Of a DNA stretch of 64,000 nt, positions 10,094 to 20,327 are shown in pieces; position 1 is the first letter of the stretch; the number at the start of each line of letters is the position of its first letter. The position numbers and the translations under genes were made by a program. The notes under the pieces were generated by a model. It did no database searches. It worked only from the letters and a program-made list of their open reading frames with translations, and was not told where the DNA came from. Source of the stretch: Deltaproteobacteria bacterium YD0425bin50. Lineage in GTDB: Bacteria > Desulfobacterota > Desulfobacteria > Desulfobacterales > YD0425bin50. Location: NCBI GenBank assembly GCA_002753105.1, contig PDZT01000003.1, positions 1,059 to 65,058 of the forward strand. Reading direction: 5' to 3'.

Positions 10094-10831
10094 ATGAAAT
10101 GCCCCGGTCAAGACAGTCGTTACTGGAAGCAAAGTGCTATCTTTGATGCTAAGTGTCCGAACTGTGGTAAGACAGTAGAATTTTTCAAGGATGACACAAC
10201 ACGAAAATGCCCGCATTGCAGTCACCGATTTGTTAATCCCGGTATGGATTTTGGCTGTGCTGCGTATTGTCCATTTGCAGAGCAGTGTATTGGCACGTTA
10301 CCAGAAGAAGTCGCTGTTAAACAACAGGCTGATTTTCTTAAAGACCGTGTTGCATTGGAAATGAAGCAGTATTTTAAATCGGATTTTAAACGAATCGGTC
10401 ATGCGACACGCGTAGCCCGATACGCTGAACGAATTGGGAAAAAGCTTGGCGCTAACATGGCTGTGGTGTTATGTGCAGCATATTTACATGATATTGGTCT
10501 TCATGAAGCGCAACAGAAATACAATAATGCAGATCAATACCATGAAGCAGAAGGACCAATGATCGCCAAATCTATCCTGTTAAAATTAAATGCCAAAACT
10601 GCACTGATCGATGAAGTCTGTGATATTATTGCTCATCACCATCATCCAAAAACAGAAGAAAGCTTAAGCTTTAAAGTAGTATATGATGCGGATTTAATAG
10701 CAAATATTGAAGATAATTTTAAAGATCAAGCCATAGATCATGCAAAAATCGAAAACATCATAGCCAATCGTTTTCTTACTGAAATAGGAAAAGCAGAAGC
10801 ACGAGAACGTTTTTCCCTGAACAATAACTAA
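10094..10831 (+). CDS. HD-domain phosphohydrolase with Cys-rich N-terminus
   Basis: CPNC/CPHC/CAAYC N-terminus; H..RV...LHDIG...HHH...DAD. Confidence 0.88.
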   Translation: MKCPGQDSRYWKQSAIFDAKCPNCGKTVEFFKDDTTRKCPHCSHRFVNPGMDFGCAAYCPFAEQCIGTLPEEVAVKQQADFLKDRVALEMKQYFKSDFKRIGHATRVARYAERIGKKLGANMAVVLCAAYLHDIGLHEAQQKYNNADQYHEAEGPMIAKSILLKLNAKTALIDEVCDIIAHHHHPKTEESLSFKVVYDADLIANIEDNFKDQAIDHAKIENIIANRFLTEIGKAEARERFSLNNN

Positions 10832-10858
10832 TCAAAGATCAAAAAAGGAGACTTTTCC

Positions 10859-11599
10859 ATGAAGGTTTTACGAAAAATTATTCAAATCGATGAGGAACGC
10901 TGTGATGGATGTGGATTATGCGCTACTTCTTGCGCAGAAGGTGCATTGGCAATTGTTCAAGGAAAAGCGAAAGTGGTAAAAGATTCATTCTGCGATGGTC
11001 TTGGCGCTTGTATTGGAGAATGTCCAAAACAAGCCTTAACCATTACTGAAAGAGTGACTGATGAATTTGATGAAGTTGCAGTAACAGCCCATTTATCAGA
11101 ACATCAACATCATGTGAAAAATCATCAGACTTGTCCATCAGCAACTCCACAACAATGGAAAACGGAAACATCATGTGCTTGTGAATCCGCACAAAACCCT
11201 CGTACTATTGCTTCCAATGCAACAGCGCTAACGCATTGGCCAATTCAAATCCGTTTAATTCCAAAAACAGCCCCATTTTTAAAAAAGGCACATCTATTAA
11301 TACTAGCAGATTGCTGCGCAGTTGCATTGCCCAACTTACATAAAGACGTGCTACAGGGTAAAGTGGTGATGATGGGATGTCCAAAATTTGATCCGATTGA
11401 CATGTATGTTCAGAAATTTAAAGAAATTTTTGAAGTTGCAGGTATTCAAAGCCTTACAACAGTAGTGATGGAAGTGCCTTGTTGCAGTGGATTACCTGCT
11501 ATTGTACAAAAAGGGATGAGTGCAGCCAATTGTTCGTTACCCATAAACCAAATTGTCGTTAGCGCAAAAGGACATATTCTTTCTGAAACCACAACATAA
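10859..11599 (+). CDS. 4Fe-4S dicluster iron-sulfur protein (hcp-associated)
   Basis: CDGCGLCATSC and CDGLGACIGECP; WPIQI, ADC, GCPK, MEVPCC. Confidence 0.9.
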   Translation: MKVLRKIIQIDEERCDGCGLCATSCAEGALAIVQGKAKVVKDSFCDGLGACIGECPKQALTITERVTDEFDEVAVTAHLSEHQHHVKNHQTCPSATPQQWKTETSCACESAQNPRTIASNATALTHWPIQIRLIPKTAPFLKKAHLLILADCCAVALPNLHKDVLQGKVVMMGCPKFDPIDMYVQKFKEIFEVAGIQSLTTVVMEVPCCSGLPAIVQKGMSAANCSLPINQIVVSAKGHILSETTT

Positions 11600-11719
11600 C
11601 TGATTATTCAGATGTTCATATATTAAATTTTACAATTGAGATTAAAAGGGAAAATATTGAATTGAACTGTGATAGATTCGTGGTTGAATTGCCAACCCTG
11701 AAAAAATTGGAAATCCAAA

Positions 11720-12622
11720 ATGAAAAATCCCTATGAAATTCTTGGCGTAACAAAAAACACGACAGATGATGAGATAAAAAACGCGTACAGAATACTCGCG
11801 AAAAAATATCATCCTGACCTGAATCCTACAAAAAAAGGCGCCGAACAAAAATTTAAAGAAATCAGTGTTGCCTATAAATTAATTAAAAATAAAGAGGCCC
11901 GTGAAAAATTCGAGAAAGGTAGTTATGACGAGAAATTCACAGAGGCTTCGTTTAGAAGCGAACCATTTAACAGTGAATTTCAGGAAAGTAGAAGGCGCTA
12001 TACATATCATTTTGATGAAAACTCCGATGCCGATGACGACCTTTTTAAATCATTTTTTTCAGGAACCAGAGGCAATGGCGGAGGAATAGATATACGTGGA
12101 CAGGATCATCTATACAGTATGGAGATAGACCTTAGAGATGCCATACGTGGTACAGAGCGGGAAATTATGCTGACTGAAGGCAAGAAATTAAAGGTTAAGA
12201 TTCCTGCTGGCATTAATAACAAAGAAAAATTGCGGTTTAAACACCAGGGAGGACTTGGCATAGGTAAAGGGAAACCGGGGGACGCCTTTGTGGAGATAGT
12301 CATTACTCCTTCCAGTACTTTTAAAATAAACGGCAGCAATCTTGAAATTGAAGTACCATTAAGTCTTGATGAGGCTATCAACGGCTCGAAGATCAAGGTT
12401 CCAACAATAGATGGGATAGTTATGCTGACTGTCCCGCCAGGTGTAAATACCGGGACAAAAATTCGAATAAAGGAGAAAGGAATGCCTATAGGAAAAGGTA
12501 ATGACTATGGCGACCAGATTGTTATTGTAAGGGTAGTTTTGCCGAAAAATATGGATGCTGAATTCAGGGAATTTATAAAAAACTGGAGCAAGAATCATCC
12601 CTATAATCCTAGAGAAATATGA
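11720..12622 (+). CDS. cbpA: DnaJ-class co-chaperone (CbpA-like, no Zn finger)
   Basis: J-domain with HPD; DnaJ C-terminal domain; no CxxCxGxG repeats. Confidence 0.85.
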   Translation: MKNPYEILGVTKNTTDDEIKNAYRILAKKYHPDLNPTKKGAEQKFKEISVAYKLIKNKEAREKFEKGSYDEKFTEASFRSEPFNSEFQESRRRYTYHFDENSDADDDLFKSFFSGTRGNGGGIDIRGQDHLYSMEIDLRDAIRGTEREIMLTEGKKLKVKIPAGINNKEKLRFKHQGGLGIGKGKPGDAFVEIVITPSSTFKINGSNLEIEVPLSLDEAINGSKIKVPTIDGIVMLTVPPGVNTGTKIRIKEKGMPIGKGNDYGDQIVIVRVVLPKNMDAEFREFIKNWSKNHPYNPREI

Positions 12623-12706
12623 TCCCTGAGTTTACATGCTCTTGTGACGTACATGACGTCTTCCTTGCTCGAATCGATAGCTGATTAATCGTCCTCCCAT
12701 GCGCAC

Positions 12707-12773
12707 TCATTCCCGCGAAAGCGGGAATCCAGTAAAATCAAGCATTCTGGATTCCCACTTTCGTGGGAATGAC
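12707..12773. repeat. REP doublet of ATTCCC-N8-GGGAAT type
   Basis: TCATTCCCGCGAAAGCGGGAATCCAG...CTGGATTCCCACTTTCGTGGGAATGAC. Confidence 0.85.
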
Positions 12774-12880
12774 AAAAAATGCAAAACTATAGAGAATAAC
12801 TTATCCTATCCTAATCCTACCTTTAAAAAAATATAAAAAAAATCGAAAATCTGAAAAATGAATATTCATACTATTTTCTA

Positions 12881-12931
12881 TTGACACCATTCAGATCATG
12901 ATTTATAAAAAAAATCGACTGAGTACTCAGT
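12881..12931 (+). promoter_or_regulatory. Sigma70 promoter with downstream palindromic operator (probable TetR autoregulation)
   Basis: TTGACA(12881)-N17-TATAAA(12904); perfect palindrome ACTGAGTACTCAGT at 12918-12931; related ATGAATATTCAT at 12858-12869. Confidence 0.7.
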
Positions 12932-12973
12932 ATAAATTTTGATGCCCAATACACTGTTACAAAGGTTTATGAC

Positions 12974-13564
12974 ATGTCAAAAAAAGAAGCTATTTTATCA
13001 ATCGCTGCGAAATTATTTGCTGAAAAAGGCTTTAAAGATACATCAATGGCTGAAATATCCAAATTAACTGGTGCAGCAGAAGGTACCATCTTTTACCATT
13101 TCAAGACCAAAGATGACTTGCTTATCGCTATTCTTGAAATGGTCAAAACTGGAATTGTTCAGGAATTTGAAAGCTATGTTGGTGAACGTAGTTCTAGTTC
13201 TGGATTAGAAATGATTGAAGATGCGATAGCCTTTTACCTGTATATGGCTACCAAACGCGAAGAATGGTTTTTATTGCTCAATCGCTACTATATTTATGAG
13301 CTTGCACGGGTAAATGAAACTACCCGAAAGCATTTGGAAGCAATATACACATGTTTTGTAGATATTTTTGATAAGGGGATCACATTAGGGCTAGAAGATC
13401 AATCCATTATTAATTCCGCAAGTCGTAAAACTGCGCTTATTATTTTTTCAATGGTGCACGGTCTCGTATGGTTCAAACATCATGATCTGTATGATGCCAG
13501 TGCATTGTATCATGAACTGATAACCTGCTGTCGTCACATGTTAACCCGTTCAACTGTGGTGTAA
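12974..13564 (+). CDS. TetR/AcrR family regulator
   Basis: AAKLFAEKGFKDTSMAEISKLTGAAEGTIFYHFKTKDDL HTH. Confidence 0.95.
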   Translation: MSKKEAILSIAAKLFAEKGFKDTSMAEISKLTGAAEGTIFYHFKTKDDLLIAILEMVKTGIVQEFESYVGERSSSSGLEMIEDAIAFYLYMATKREEWFLLLNRYYIYELARVNETTRKHLEAIYTCFVDIFDKGITLGLEDQSIINSASRKTALIIFSMVHGLVWFKHHDLYDASALYHELITCCRHMLTRSTVV

Positions 13565-13584
13565 TGTGTAATAAGGAGATTCTC

Positions 13585-15723
13585 ATGTTAGTTAGATTTT
13601 TTCCGTTTCTTGCATGGTTCAAAAGCTATACTGTCCAAACATTACGAAATGATGGTCTGGCTGGCTTAACAGTTGCGCTCGTTCTTATTCCGCAATCCAT
13701 GGCATATGCTCAACTTGCTGGACTGCCTCCTTATTATGGCCTATATGCTGCATTTCTGCCGCCAATGCTTGCTGCGTTGTTTGGTTCAAGCCGCCAGCTC
13801 GCCACAGGGCCTGTCGCGGTTGTTTCCTTAATGACAGCGGCTTCGCTTGAACCGCTTGCCACAAAAGGGAGTCCGGGCTATATATCCTATGCAATAGTAT
13901 TAGCATTAATGGTTGGTGGTTTCCAGTTTTTGCTAGGAATATTACGTTTGGGCTTAGTGGTCAATTTCCTTTCCCATCCTGTCGTGAACGGTTTTACCAA
14001 TGCCGCCGCCATTATTATTGCAACGTCTCAGTTGTCAAAAATGTTTGGCGTTTCTGTTGATGAAGCGACCCATCATTATGAAACCATTATACGCGTTTTA
14101 AAGGCTTCTTATCATTACACGCACTGGCCCACCTTTTTCATGGGCGCATTTGCTTTTACGATTATGTACGGGCTAAAACGGCTGAACCCCAAAATACCCA
14201 ATGTGCTTGTCGCTGTTGTGGTTACAACAGTTATTTCATGGGCAACTGGTTTTGAACATAACATGAGTGTTGAAATACATGCCATTCAGGATGTTCAGGT
14301 GCAAGACAATATTCAACGGTTTAACAACGCCTTGGCAGATATTGAACCTCTATCAAAAAAACGGACAGAACTGACAAAACTTTTAGAACAAGAAAAATCA
14401 CACCATAATCTGATCAATATTGAAGAGACACTAAGTGATCTTAAAATCATAAATATTCAAATTAATCTTTTAAAAAAAGAAGCGGGGCTACAAAAAGAAA
14501 CATTACGTTCTTATTTATTTGACGGTGTAAAAAAAAGTGATACTATCTATCAGTTTTTTCCTAAAGGTCAACAATCCAATAATGTGGAAACAGATGGGCG
14601 GACATGGCGACTCAGAGTGGGTAACAATCCTTTAAAAATTAATTCGTTAACCATGATGTCCGGTGGACAGGTTGTCGGTACGATTCCTAAAGGGTTGCCT
14701 CAATTTTCCATGCCAGAACTCCAATTGAATATTGTGCTCAACCTTCTTCCATTTGCTGCAATTATTTCTTTATTAGGGTTTATGGAAGCCATTTCTATTG
14801 CAAAAGCAATGGCTGCAATCACAGGACAGCGGTTAGACCCAAATCAGGAATTAATTGGTCAAGGTATCGCAAATATGCTTGGTGCTTTTGGACAGAGTTA
14901 TCCATCTTCAGGGTCATTTTCGCGTTCAGCAGTGAATTTACAATCTGGCGCTGTTACAGGTCTGTCGAGCGTGTTTACGAGTTTTGCTGTAGTGATCACG
15001 CTATTATGTTTAACGCCGTTATTATATCATTTACCTCAATCTGTACTTGCTGCAGTGATCATGATGGCTGTCATTGGTCTCATTAATATTTCAGGTTTTG
15101 TTCATGCATGGCGTGCTCAACGCCACGATGGAATTATTTCCATTATTTCATTTGTGTGTACACTGATTTTTGCACCGCATCTGGATAAAGGGATTATGGT
15201 TGGCGTTGTGCTTTCGTTAGGTGTGTTTTTGTATAAAAATATGCGTCCCAAAGTGGCTTCATTATCACGTCATGACGATGAAACGCTCAAAGATGCACTG
15301 ACGCATAACCTGATGGAATGTAAGTATATTGATCTAATTAGTTTTGAAGGCACCCTGTTTTTTGCCAATGCAAGTTATTTAGAGGACAAAATCAACGAAC
15401 GTATTCAAAACAATAAAACATTAAACCATATTATTATTGCTGCAAATGGGATTAATGATATGGATGCATCAGGTGAAGAAACGCTATCACTTATTGTGGA
15501 TAGGCTCAGAAGTGCGCGTATTGATGTCTCGTTTTGCGGGATAAACGAAACGGTCATGACAGTACTCAAACGAACTCACTTATACGAAAAAATTGGCCAA
15601 GACCATTTTTATCCAAGTATGGAGACAGCAATCTATTCTGTTTATGAAACTGCTCATCGGGATTCAAAAGAAAAAGACTGCCCATTAGCTGTGGTTTGCC
15701 GTCTGATTAGACAGGAAAAATAA
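13585..15723 (+). CDS. SulP-family anion transporter with STAS domain
   Basis: AGLTVALVLIPQSMAYAQLAG, GSSRQLATGP, NQELIGQG, GSFSRSAVN; STAS LFFANA...DASG; AAGGAG RBS before 13585. Confidence 0.95.
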   Translation: MLVRFFPFLAWFKSYTVQTLRNDGLAGLTVALVLIPQSMAYAQLAGLPPYYGLYAAFLPPMLAALFGSSRQLATGPVAVVSLMTAASLEPLATKGSPGYISYAIVLALMVGGFQFLLGILRLGLVVNFLSHPVVNGFTNAAAIIIATSQLSKMFGVSVDEATHHYETIIRVLKASYHYTHWPTFFMGAFAFTIMYGLKRLNPKIPNVLVAVVVTTVISWATGFEHNMSVEIHAIQDVQVQDNIQRFNNALADIEPLSKKRTELTKLLEQEKSHHNLINIEETLSDLKIINIQINLLKKEAGLQKETLRSYLFDGVKKSDTIYQFFPKGQQSNNVETDGRTWRLRVGNNPLKINSLTMMSGGQVVGTIPKGLPQFSMPELQLNIVLNLLPFAAIISLLGFMEAISIAKAMAAITGQRLDPNQELIGQGIANMLGAFGQSYPSSGSFSRSAVNLQSGAVTGLSSVFTSFAVVITLLCLTPLLYHLPQSVLAAVIMMAVIGLINISGFVHAWRAQRHDGIISIISFVCTLIFAPHLDKGIMVGVVLSLGVFLYKNMRPKVASLSRHDDETLKDALTHNLMECKYIDLISFEGTLFFANASYLEDKINERIQNNKTLNHIIIAANGINDMDASGEETLSLIVDRLRSARIDVSFCGINETVMTVLKRTHLYEKIGQDHFYPSMETAIYSVYETAHRDSKEKDCPLAVVCRLIRQEK

Positions 15724-15739
15724 TAAAGGAGATAAGAAT

Positions 15740-16966
15740 ATGTCTGTAATTACGATATTTACTGGAGATTATTGTCAATCTGAACCCGTGATTGAGAAAA
15801 TAGCAACACATACAGGATATGCGCGTATTAATGACCATGATGTCATTCAATTAGCAAGTCATATTTCTCATGAGTCTGACAAAAAATTCATTCAGGCATT
15901 GCAAAGCAAAGTCTCTGTATTTAACAAATTTACTCATGAAAAAGAACGTGCTGTCGCATGGTTGAGACTCGCATTGGCAGAAAAGCTTGCGAATGACAGC
16001 CTTCTTATTGAAGGACTATGTACTCATCTTATTCCTAGAGAAATTAGCCATGTACTGCGTATTTGTTTAATATCAGATACAAAATATCGAAGCAATTATG
16101 CGATGGAACTGCAAAAAATTTCTGAAAAAGACGCTGTTAATCTGGTGCATCGTCTTGATGAAGAAAAAGCGTCATGGGTATATCATCTCTTTCGTATGAA
16201 AGACCCATGGGATGTATCGTTGTATGATATTGTCGTGCCTACAGACAAAATGACACCTGATGACATTTTCGCTTTAATTGAAAAAAATCTCAGGCTTGAA
16301 GTGATTAAACCAACACAATCATCTCAAAAAGCAGCTCAAGACTTTATGCTGAGTTCTCAAATTGAAGTTGCTCTGACCAAAGAAGGCCACACGGTTGGTG
16401 TCAGTGCCCGGGATGGTGCTGTAACCCTTACCATTAACAAGCATGTATTGATGTTGAGCCGTTTAGAAGAAGAACTGAAATCTATTGTTGAAAAAATTAA
16501 TGGTGTAAAATCTGTAGAAACCCGTGTAGGTAAAGGGTATCATCAAACTGATATCTATCGGAAGTATGATTTTGAAGCCCCCAAAGTATTGCTTGTAGAT
16601 GATGAACGGGAATTTGTACAAACCTTATCTGAAAGACTTTCTTATCGGGAAATGGGACCTGCGGTAGCTTATGACGGCGAATCTGCCCTTTCAATGATCA
16701 ATGATGAAGACCCTGATGTCATGATTTTAGACCTCAAAATGCCGGGTATTGATGGTATTGAAGTACTCAGACGAGTCAAACAGACCAAGCCTGAAATTGA
16801 AGTCATTATTCTGACAGGACATGGAACTGAAGCAGACAGAAAACAATGTATGGAACTAGGCGCTTTTGCCTATTTTCATAAGCCAGTAAATATTGATTTG
16901 TTAAGTCAGACACTAAAACAAGCTAAAGATAAAATGCGTGCAAATTTACAACATTCAAAAAAATAA
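15740..16966 (+). CDS. Cytidylate-kinase-like domain fused to C-terminal receiver domain
   Basis: N-terminal MSVITI...HVLRICLI...YDIVV pattern; C-terminal VLLVDDE...LDLKMPG...LTGHG...KP. Confidence 0.8.
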   Translation: MSVITIFTGDYCQSEPVIEKIATHTGYARINDHDVIQLASHISHESDKKFIQALQSKVSVFNKFTHEKERAVAWLRLALAEKLANDSLLIEGLCTHLIPREISHVLRICLISDTKYRSNYAMELQKISEKDAVNLVHRLDEEKASWVYHLFRMKDPWDVSLYDIVVPTDKMTPDDIFALIEKNLRLEVIKPTQSSQKAAQDFMLSSQIEVALTKEGHTVGVSARDGAVTLTINKHVLMLSRLEEELKSIVEKINGVKSVETRVGKGYHQTDIYRKYDFEAPKVLLVDDEREFVQTLSERLSYREMGPAVAYDGESALSMINDEDPDVMILDLKMPGIDGIEVLRRVKQTKPEIEVIILTGHGTEADRKQCMELGAFAYFHKPVNIDLLSQTLKQAKDKMRANLQHSKK

Positions 16967-17002
16967 TACATCATTGTAGATGGTACATAGGTAATCGTTT
17001 CT

Positions 17003-18742
17003 ATGGCATTCACATTTAAAGATAAAGTATCCTTAACATTTTGGGATCACCAGGAAATATCCTCAGGGCCTTATCGGTCAAGATACAATTTAAGAAGTCT
17101 CTGGAAACAAACGGTTATGATCTCGATTCTGATTGTACTTATCCCATTAATTGGGTTAACTTGCTTTGATTATACAATCACTGAAGAGGCGTATGAATCA
17201 GAAATCATGTTGAGAACATCGCGTTTTGTTTCAAATATACGACGTACCATTGCATTTTTTCTTTCAGAACGAAGTTTTGCATTAAACTTTATTATACAGG
17301 ATAATACTTATGAAGAGCTAAGTGAAGCTAAAAGACTATCGTATATTTTAAATAATTTAAAACAAAGTTTAGGTGGTTTTACTGACCTTGGGGTTATTGA
17401 TCAAACTGGAAAACAACACACCTATGTAGGACCTTATGCATTTAAAGATCTTTATTACAAGGATGCAGCATGGTTTAAACAGGTGGTTCATCAAGGTAAT
17501 TATATCAGTGATGTGTTTAAAGGGTATCGTAATGCCCCTCATCTTGTTGTAGCAATTAAAAAAGAACTTCCCAATGGGGGATTTTTTATTTTACGATCAT
17601 CTCTTGACAACGAACGGTTCAATGAAATGCTGTCTCATCTTGAAATCAGCGGATTAGGAGATGCGTTTCTCGTCAATGAGGAAGGCATTCTTCAAACGCC
17701 TTCACGGCTTTTTGGTGATGTGCTCCAGTTGATGCCATTACCTGTACCAAAGCCTTCTGTAAACACAGAAGTGTTAGAAATGAAAAACGCTAAAACGGGA
17801 AATTCTCTATTTGTTGGCTATACATATATTAGCGATACTCCCTATATTCTTATGGTGGTCATGAACAAACAGGAAGCGTTAAAGCCATGGCATACCACAA
17901 GGATAAAACTGATTAGTGTTTTAATTGCAACTGTTATCATTATATTACTTGTGATTCTTATTATGGTGACATATTTGGTGAATAATATATTTTTAGCCGA
18001 TCGAAAACGCGCAGAAATTTTACACCATGTTGAATATTCAAATAAAATGGCATCTATTGGTCGAATGGCCGCAGGTGTTGCTCATGAAATTAACAACCCG
18101 CTTGCAATTATTAATGAAAAAGCTGGATTAATCATGGACCTGTTTACCTATCGGGACGAATATACCAAAGATGGGAAATTACTTGAGCTGATCAAATCCA
18201 TTATTTCATCAGTTGAGCGATGCGCTGTGATTACAAAACGATTGCTTAGTTTTGCCAGAAACATTGATGTATCGGTCTTCCAACCGATCCGTCTTAAAGA
18301 ATTTGTTTTTGAAGTACTCGGTTTTTTAGGCAAAGAAGCCGAATACCGTTCTATTCAGATTGATGTAAGTGTTGCCGAAGATATTGATGAATTTTTATCT
18401 GATAAGGGTAAATTACAGCAAATTTTTTTAAATTTATTTAATAATTCAATGGCAGCATTATATGATGGCGGTCGTTTAGAAATCAACGCCGTGAAGAAGA
18501 ATAAAGAAACCATTTTGATTACGATTGCAGACAGTGGCTGTGGGATTTCGGAAAAAGACCTAAAGCGCATATTTGAACCATTCTTTACAACCAAACGGAA
18601 TAAAGGCGGAACTGGTTTAGGCCTTTCGATTACCTATAATCTTGTACAGGAATTAGGCGGCAATATTTCAGTTGAGAGTAAAGTAGATGAAGGAACACGT
18701 TTTTCTATTTTATTACCTTATAAATTAAAAAATGGATCATAA
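17003..18742 (+). CDS. Sensor histidine kinase (Cache-like periplasmic domain)
   Basis: Two TM segments; AHEINNP H-box; N, G1, F, G2 boxes. Confidence 0.93.
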   Translation: MAFTFKDKVSLTFWDHQEISSGPYRSRYNLRSLWKQTVMISILIVLIPLIGLTCFDYTITEEAYESEIMLRTSRFVSNIRRTIAFFLSERSFALNFIIQDNTYEELSEAKRLSYILNNLKQSLGGFTDLGVIDQTGKQHTYVGPYAFKDLYYKDAAWFKQVVHQGNYISDVFKGYRNAPHLVVAIKKELPNGGFFILRSSLDNERFNEMLSHLEISGLGDAFLVNEEGILQTPSRLFGDVLQLMPLPVPKPSVNTEVLEMKNAKTGNSLFVGYTYISDTPYILMVVMNKQEALKPWHTTRIKLISVLIATVIIILLVILIMVTYLVNNIFLADRKRAEILHHVEYSNKMASIGRMAAGVAHEINNPLAIINEKAGLIMDLFTYRDEYTKDGKLLELIKSIISSVERCAVITKRLLSFARNIDVSVFQPIRLKEFVFEVLGFLGKEAEYRSIQIDVSVAEDIDEFLSDKGKLQQIFLNLFNNSMAALYDGGRLEINAVKKNKETILITIADSGCGISEKDLKRIFEPFFTTKRNKGGTGLGLSITYNLVQELGGNISVESKVDEGTRFSILLPYKLKNGS

Positions 18743-18744
18743 CC

Positions 18745-19110
18745 ATGCGAATCTTACTTGTTGATGATGAAAAAGAACTCGTATCAACCTTAGCAGAGCG
18801 TCTTCAACTACGAGGGATTGAAGCAGATTGGGTTACCCAGCCTGAAAAAGCCTTGAAGTTAACTGAAGAGAAGCAATATGATATCGCTGTGTTAGACATA
18901 AAAATGCCAAAAATTGGCGGTTTGCAATTAAAAAAAATATTACAGAAAAAATGGCCGAACATGAAATTTATTTTTTTAACAGGTCATGGCTCAGAAGATG
19001 ATTATCGTGCAGGATCGGCTGAAGCTGGTGCTCAATTCTATTTGGTGAAGCCAGTTAAAATTGAATCACTGATTGAAAAAATGAAAACTGTATTAAACTC
19101 AAACACATAA
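18745..19110 (+). CDS. Single-domain response regulator
   Basis: LLVDDE...LDIKMP...LTGHG...KP. Confidence 0.93.
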   Translation: MRILLVDDEKELVSTLAERLQLRGIEADWVTQPEKALKLTEEKQYDIAVLDIKMPKIGGLQLKKILQKKWPNMKFIFLTGHGSEDDYRAGSAEAGAQFYLVKPVKIESLIEKMKTVLNSNT

Positions 19111-19121
19111 GGTACATATAC

Positions 19122-19775
19122 ATGGAATATAATGGTATAATTGGGAAATCGGGACTACAGTTTTTTGGCAAGATTTCTGCCTCAATATCGCATGAAATTA
19201 AAAATGCGCTTGCCATCATCAATGAAAATGCTGGGTTGTTAGAAGATTTTGTATTGATGGCAGAACAAGGACTGCCTCTGGACCCGGAACGCATCAAAAC
19301 GCTGTCATCCAAGATCATGAAACAGATTCAGCGTGCAGATACCATTATTAAAAACATGAATCAATTTGCTCATAGTATTGATGCAGATGAAAAAAATATT
19401 GATATAAACATGATCCTTGAGCTTATTATCGCTCTTTCCGCAAGAGCTGCAAGCATGAAAGGCGTAACGCTAGTTTTTTTACCCGCTTCACGATCTCTTA
19501 GTATTGAGACCAACCCGTTTTTTCTGTTGAATCTGATGCATTCTCTGATTATTACATCCTTGGACCATCTCGGTGGGAATAAACAGCTAACCATTTCGAG
19601 CCGATCCTTTTTGGATTGTGGTTGTATTGAATTATGTGGAATTGAACGACTGGAAAGCGAATCTCTGTTGAATCATCCAGAACGCACAGCTATTGCCTCG
19701 TTGATTCAGGCAAACGTTGTTGCCAATATCCAAAACCATAAAATTGAAATTTATTTACCTTGTAAACCTGCTTAA
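19122..19775 (+). CDS. HisKA-domain protein with degenerate ATPase domain
   Basis: SHEIKNALAIINENAG H-box; no DxGxG or GxGLG boxes. Confidence 0.75.
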   Translation: MEYNGIIGKSGLQFFGKISASISHEIKNALAIINENAGLLEDFVLMAEQGLPLDPERIKTLSSKIMKQIQRADTIIKNMNQFAHSIDADEKNIDINMILELIIALSARAASMKGVTLVFLPASRSLSIETNPFFLLNLMHSLIITSLDHLGGNKQLTISSRSFLDCGCIELCGIERLESESLLNHPERTAIASLIQANVVANIQNHKIEIYLPCKPA

Positions 19776-19801
19776 CTCAAAAAAAAAAAACTGAAGGAGA
19801 A

Positions 19802-20233
19802 ATGATCATGGAAAGAATTTTATTGGTAGATGATGAAAAAGAATTTATTGAACCGCTTGCAGAAAGAATGCGCAATCGTGGTATGAACGTATCAACCAGC
19901 ACATGTGCCAAGGAGGCTATCAAAAAAGTTCAACAGGAAACGTATGATGCAATCATTTTGGATTTAAGAATGCCTGAAATGGATGGGATCGAAGCGTTAT
20001 CTGTTCTAAAAGAAAAAAATCCGGATTTGCAAGTCATTTTACTGACAGGCCATGCCACTGTTGAACAAGGTGTACAAGCCATGAAACTTGGCGCTATGGA
20101 TTTTTTAGAAAAACCGATTGATATTAAAGTGCTCAGTGAAAAAATCAAAAAAGCAAAAGCAGAAAAGATGATTCTTGTGGAAAAACGATCAGAAGAAAAG
20201 ATAAAAAAGATTATGATAGAAAAGGGATGGTAG
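19802..20233 (+). CDS. Response regulator (receiver)
   Basis: LLVDDE...LDLRMP...LTGHA...KP. Confidence 0.93.
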   Translation: MIMERILLVDDEKEFIEPLAERMRNRGMNVSTSTCAKEAIKKVQQETYDAIILDLRMPEMDGIEALSVLKEKNPDLQVILLTGHATVEQGVQAMKLGAMDFLEKPIDIKVLSEKIKKAKAEKMILVEKRSEEKIKKIMIEKGW

Positions 20234-20246
20234 GTTTTTGTCCCCC

Positions 20247-20317
20247 TTCTTGCTCTTACTCTTGCTCTTACTCTTCATTGTAATTCACAATTTGCGATCA
20301 AGAGTAAGAGCAAGAAG
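20247..20317. repeat. Inverted repeat made of (A/G)CTCTT hexamers between convergent genes
   Basis: ttcttgctcttactcttg...caagagtaagagcaagaa. Confidence 0.6.
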
Positions 20318-20327
20318 AGCAAAAAAA

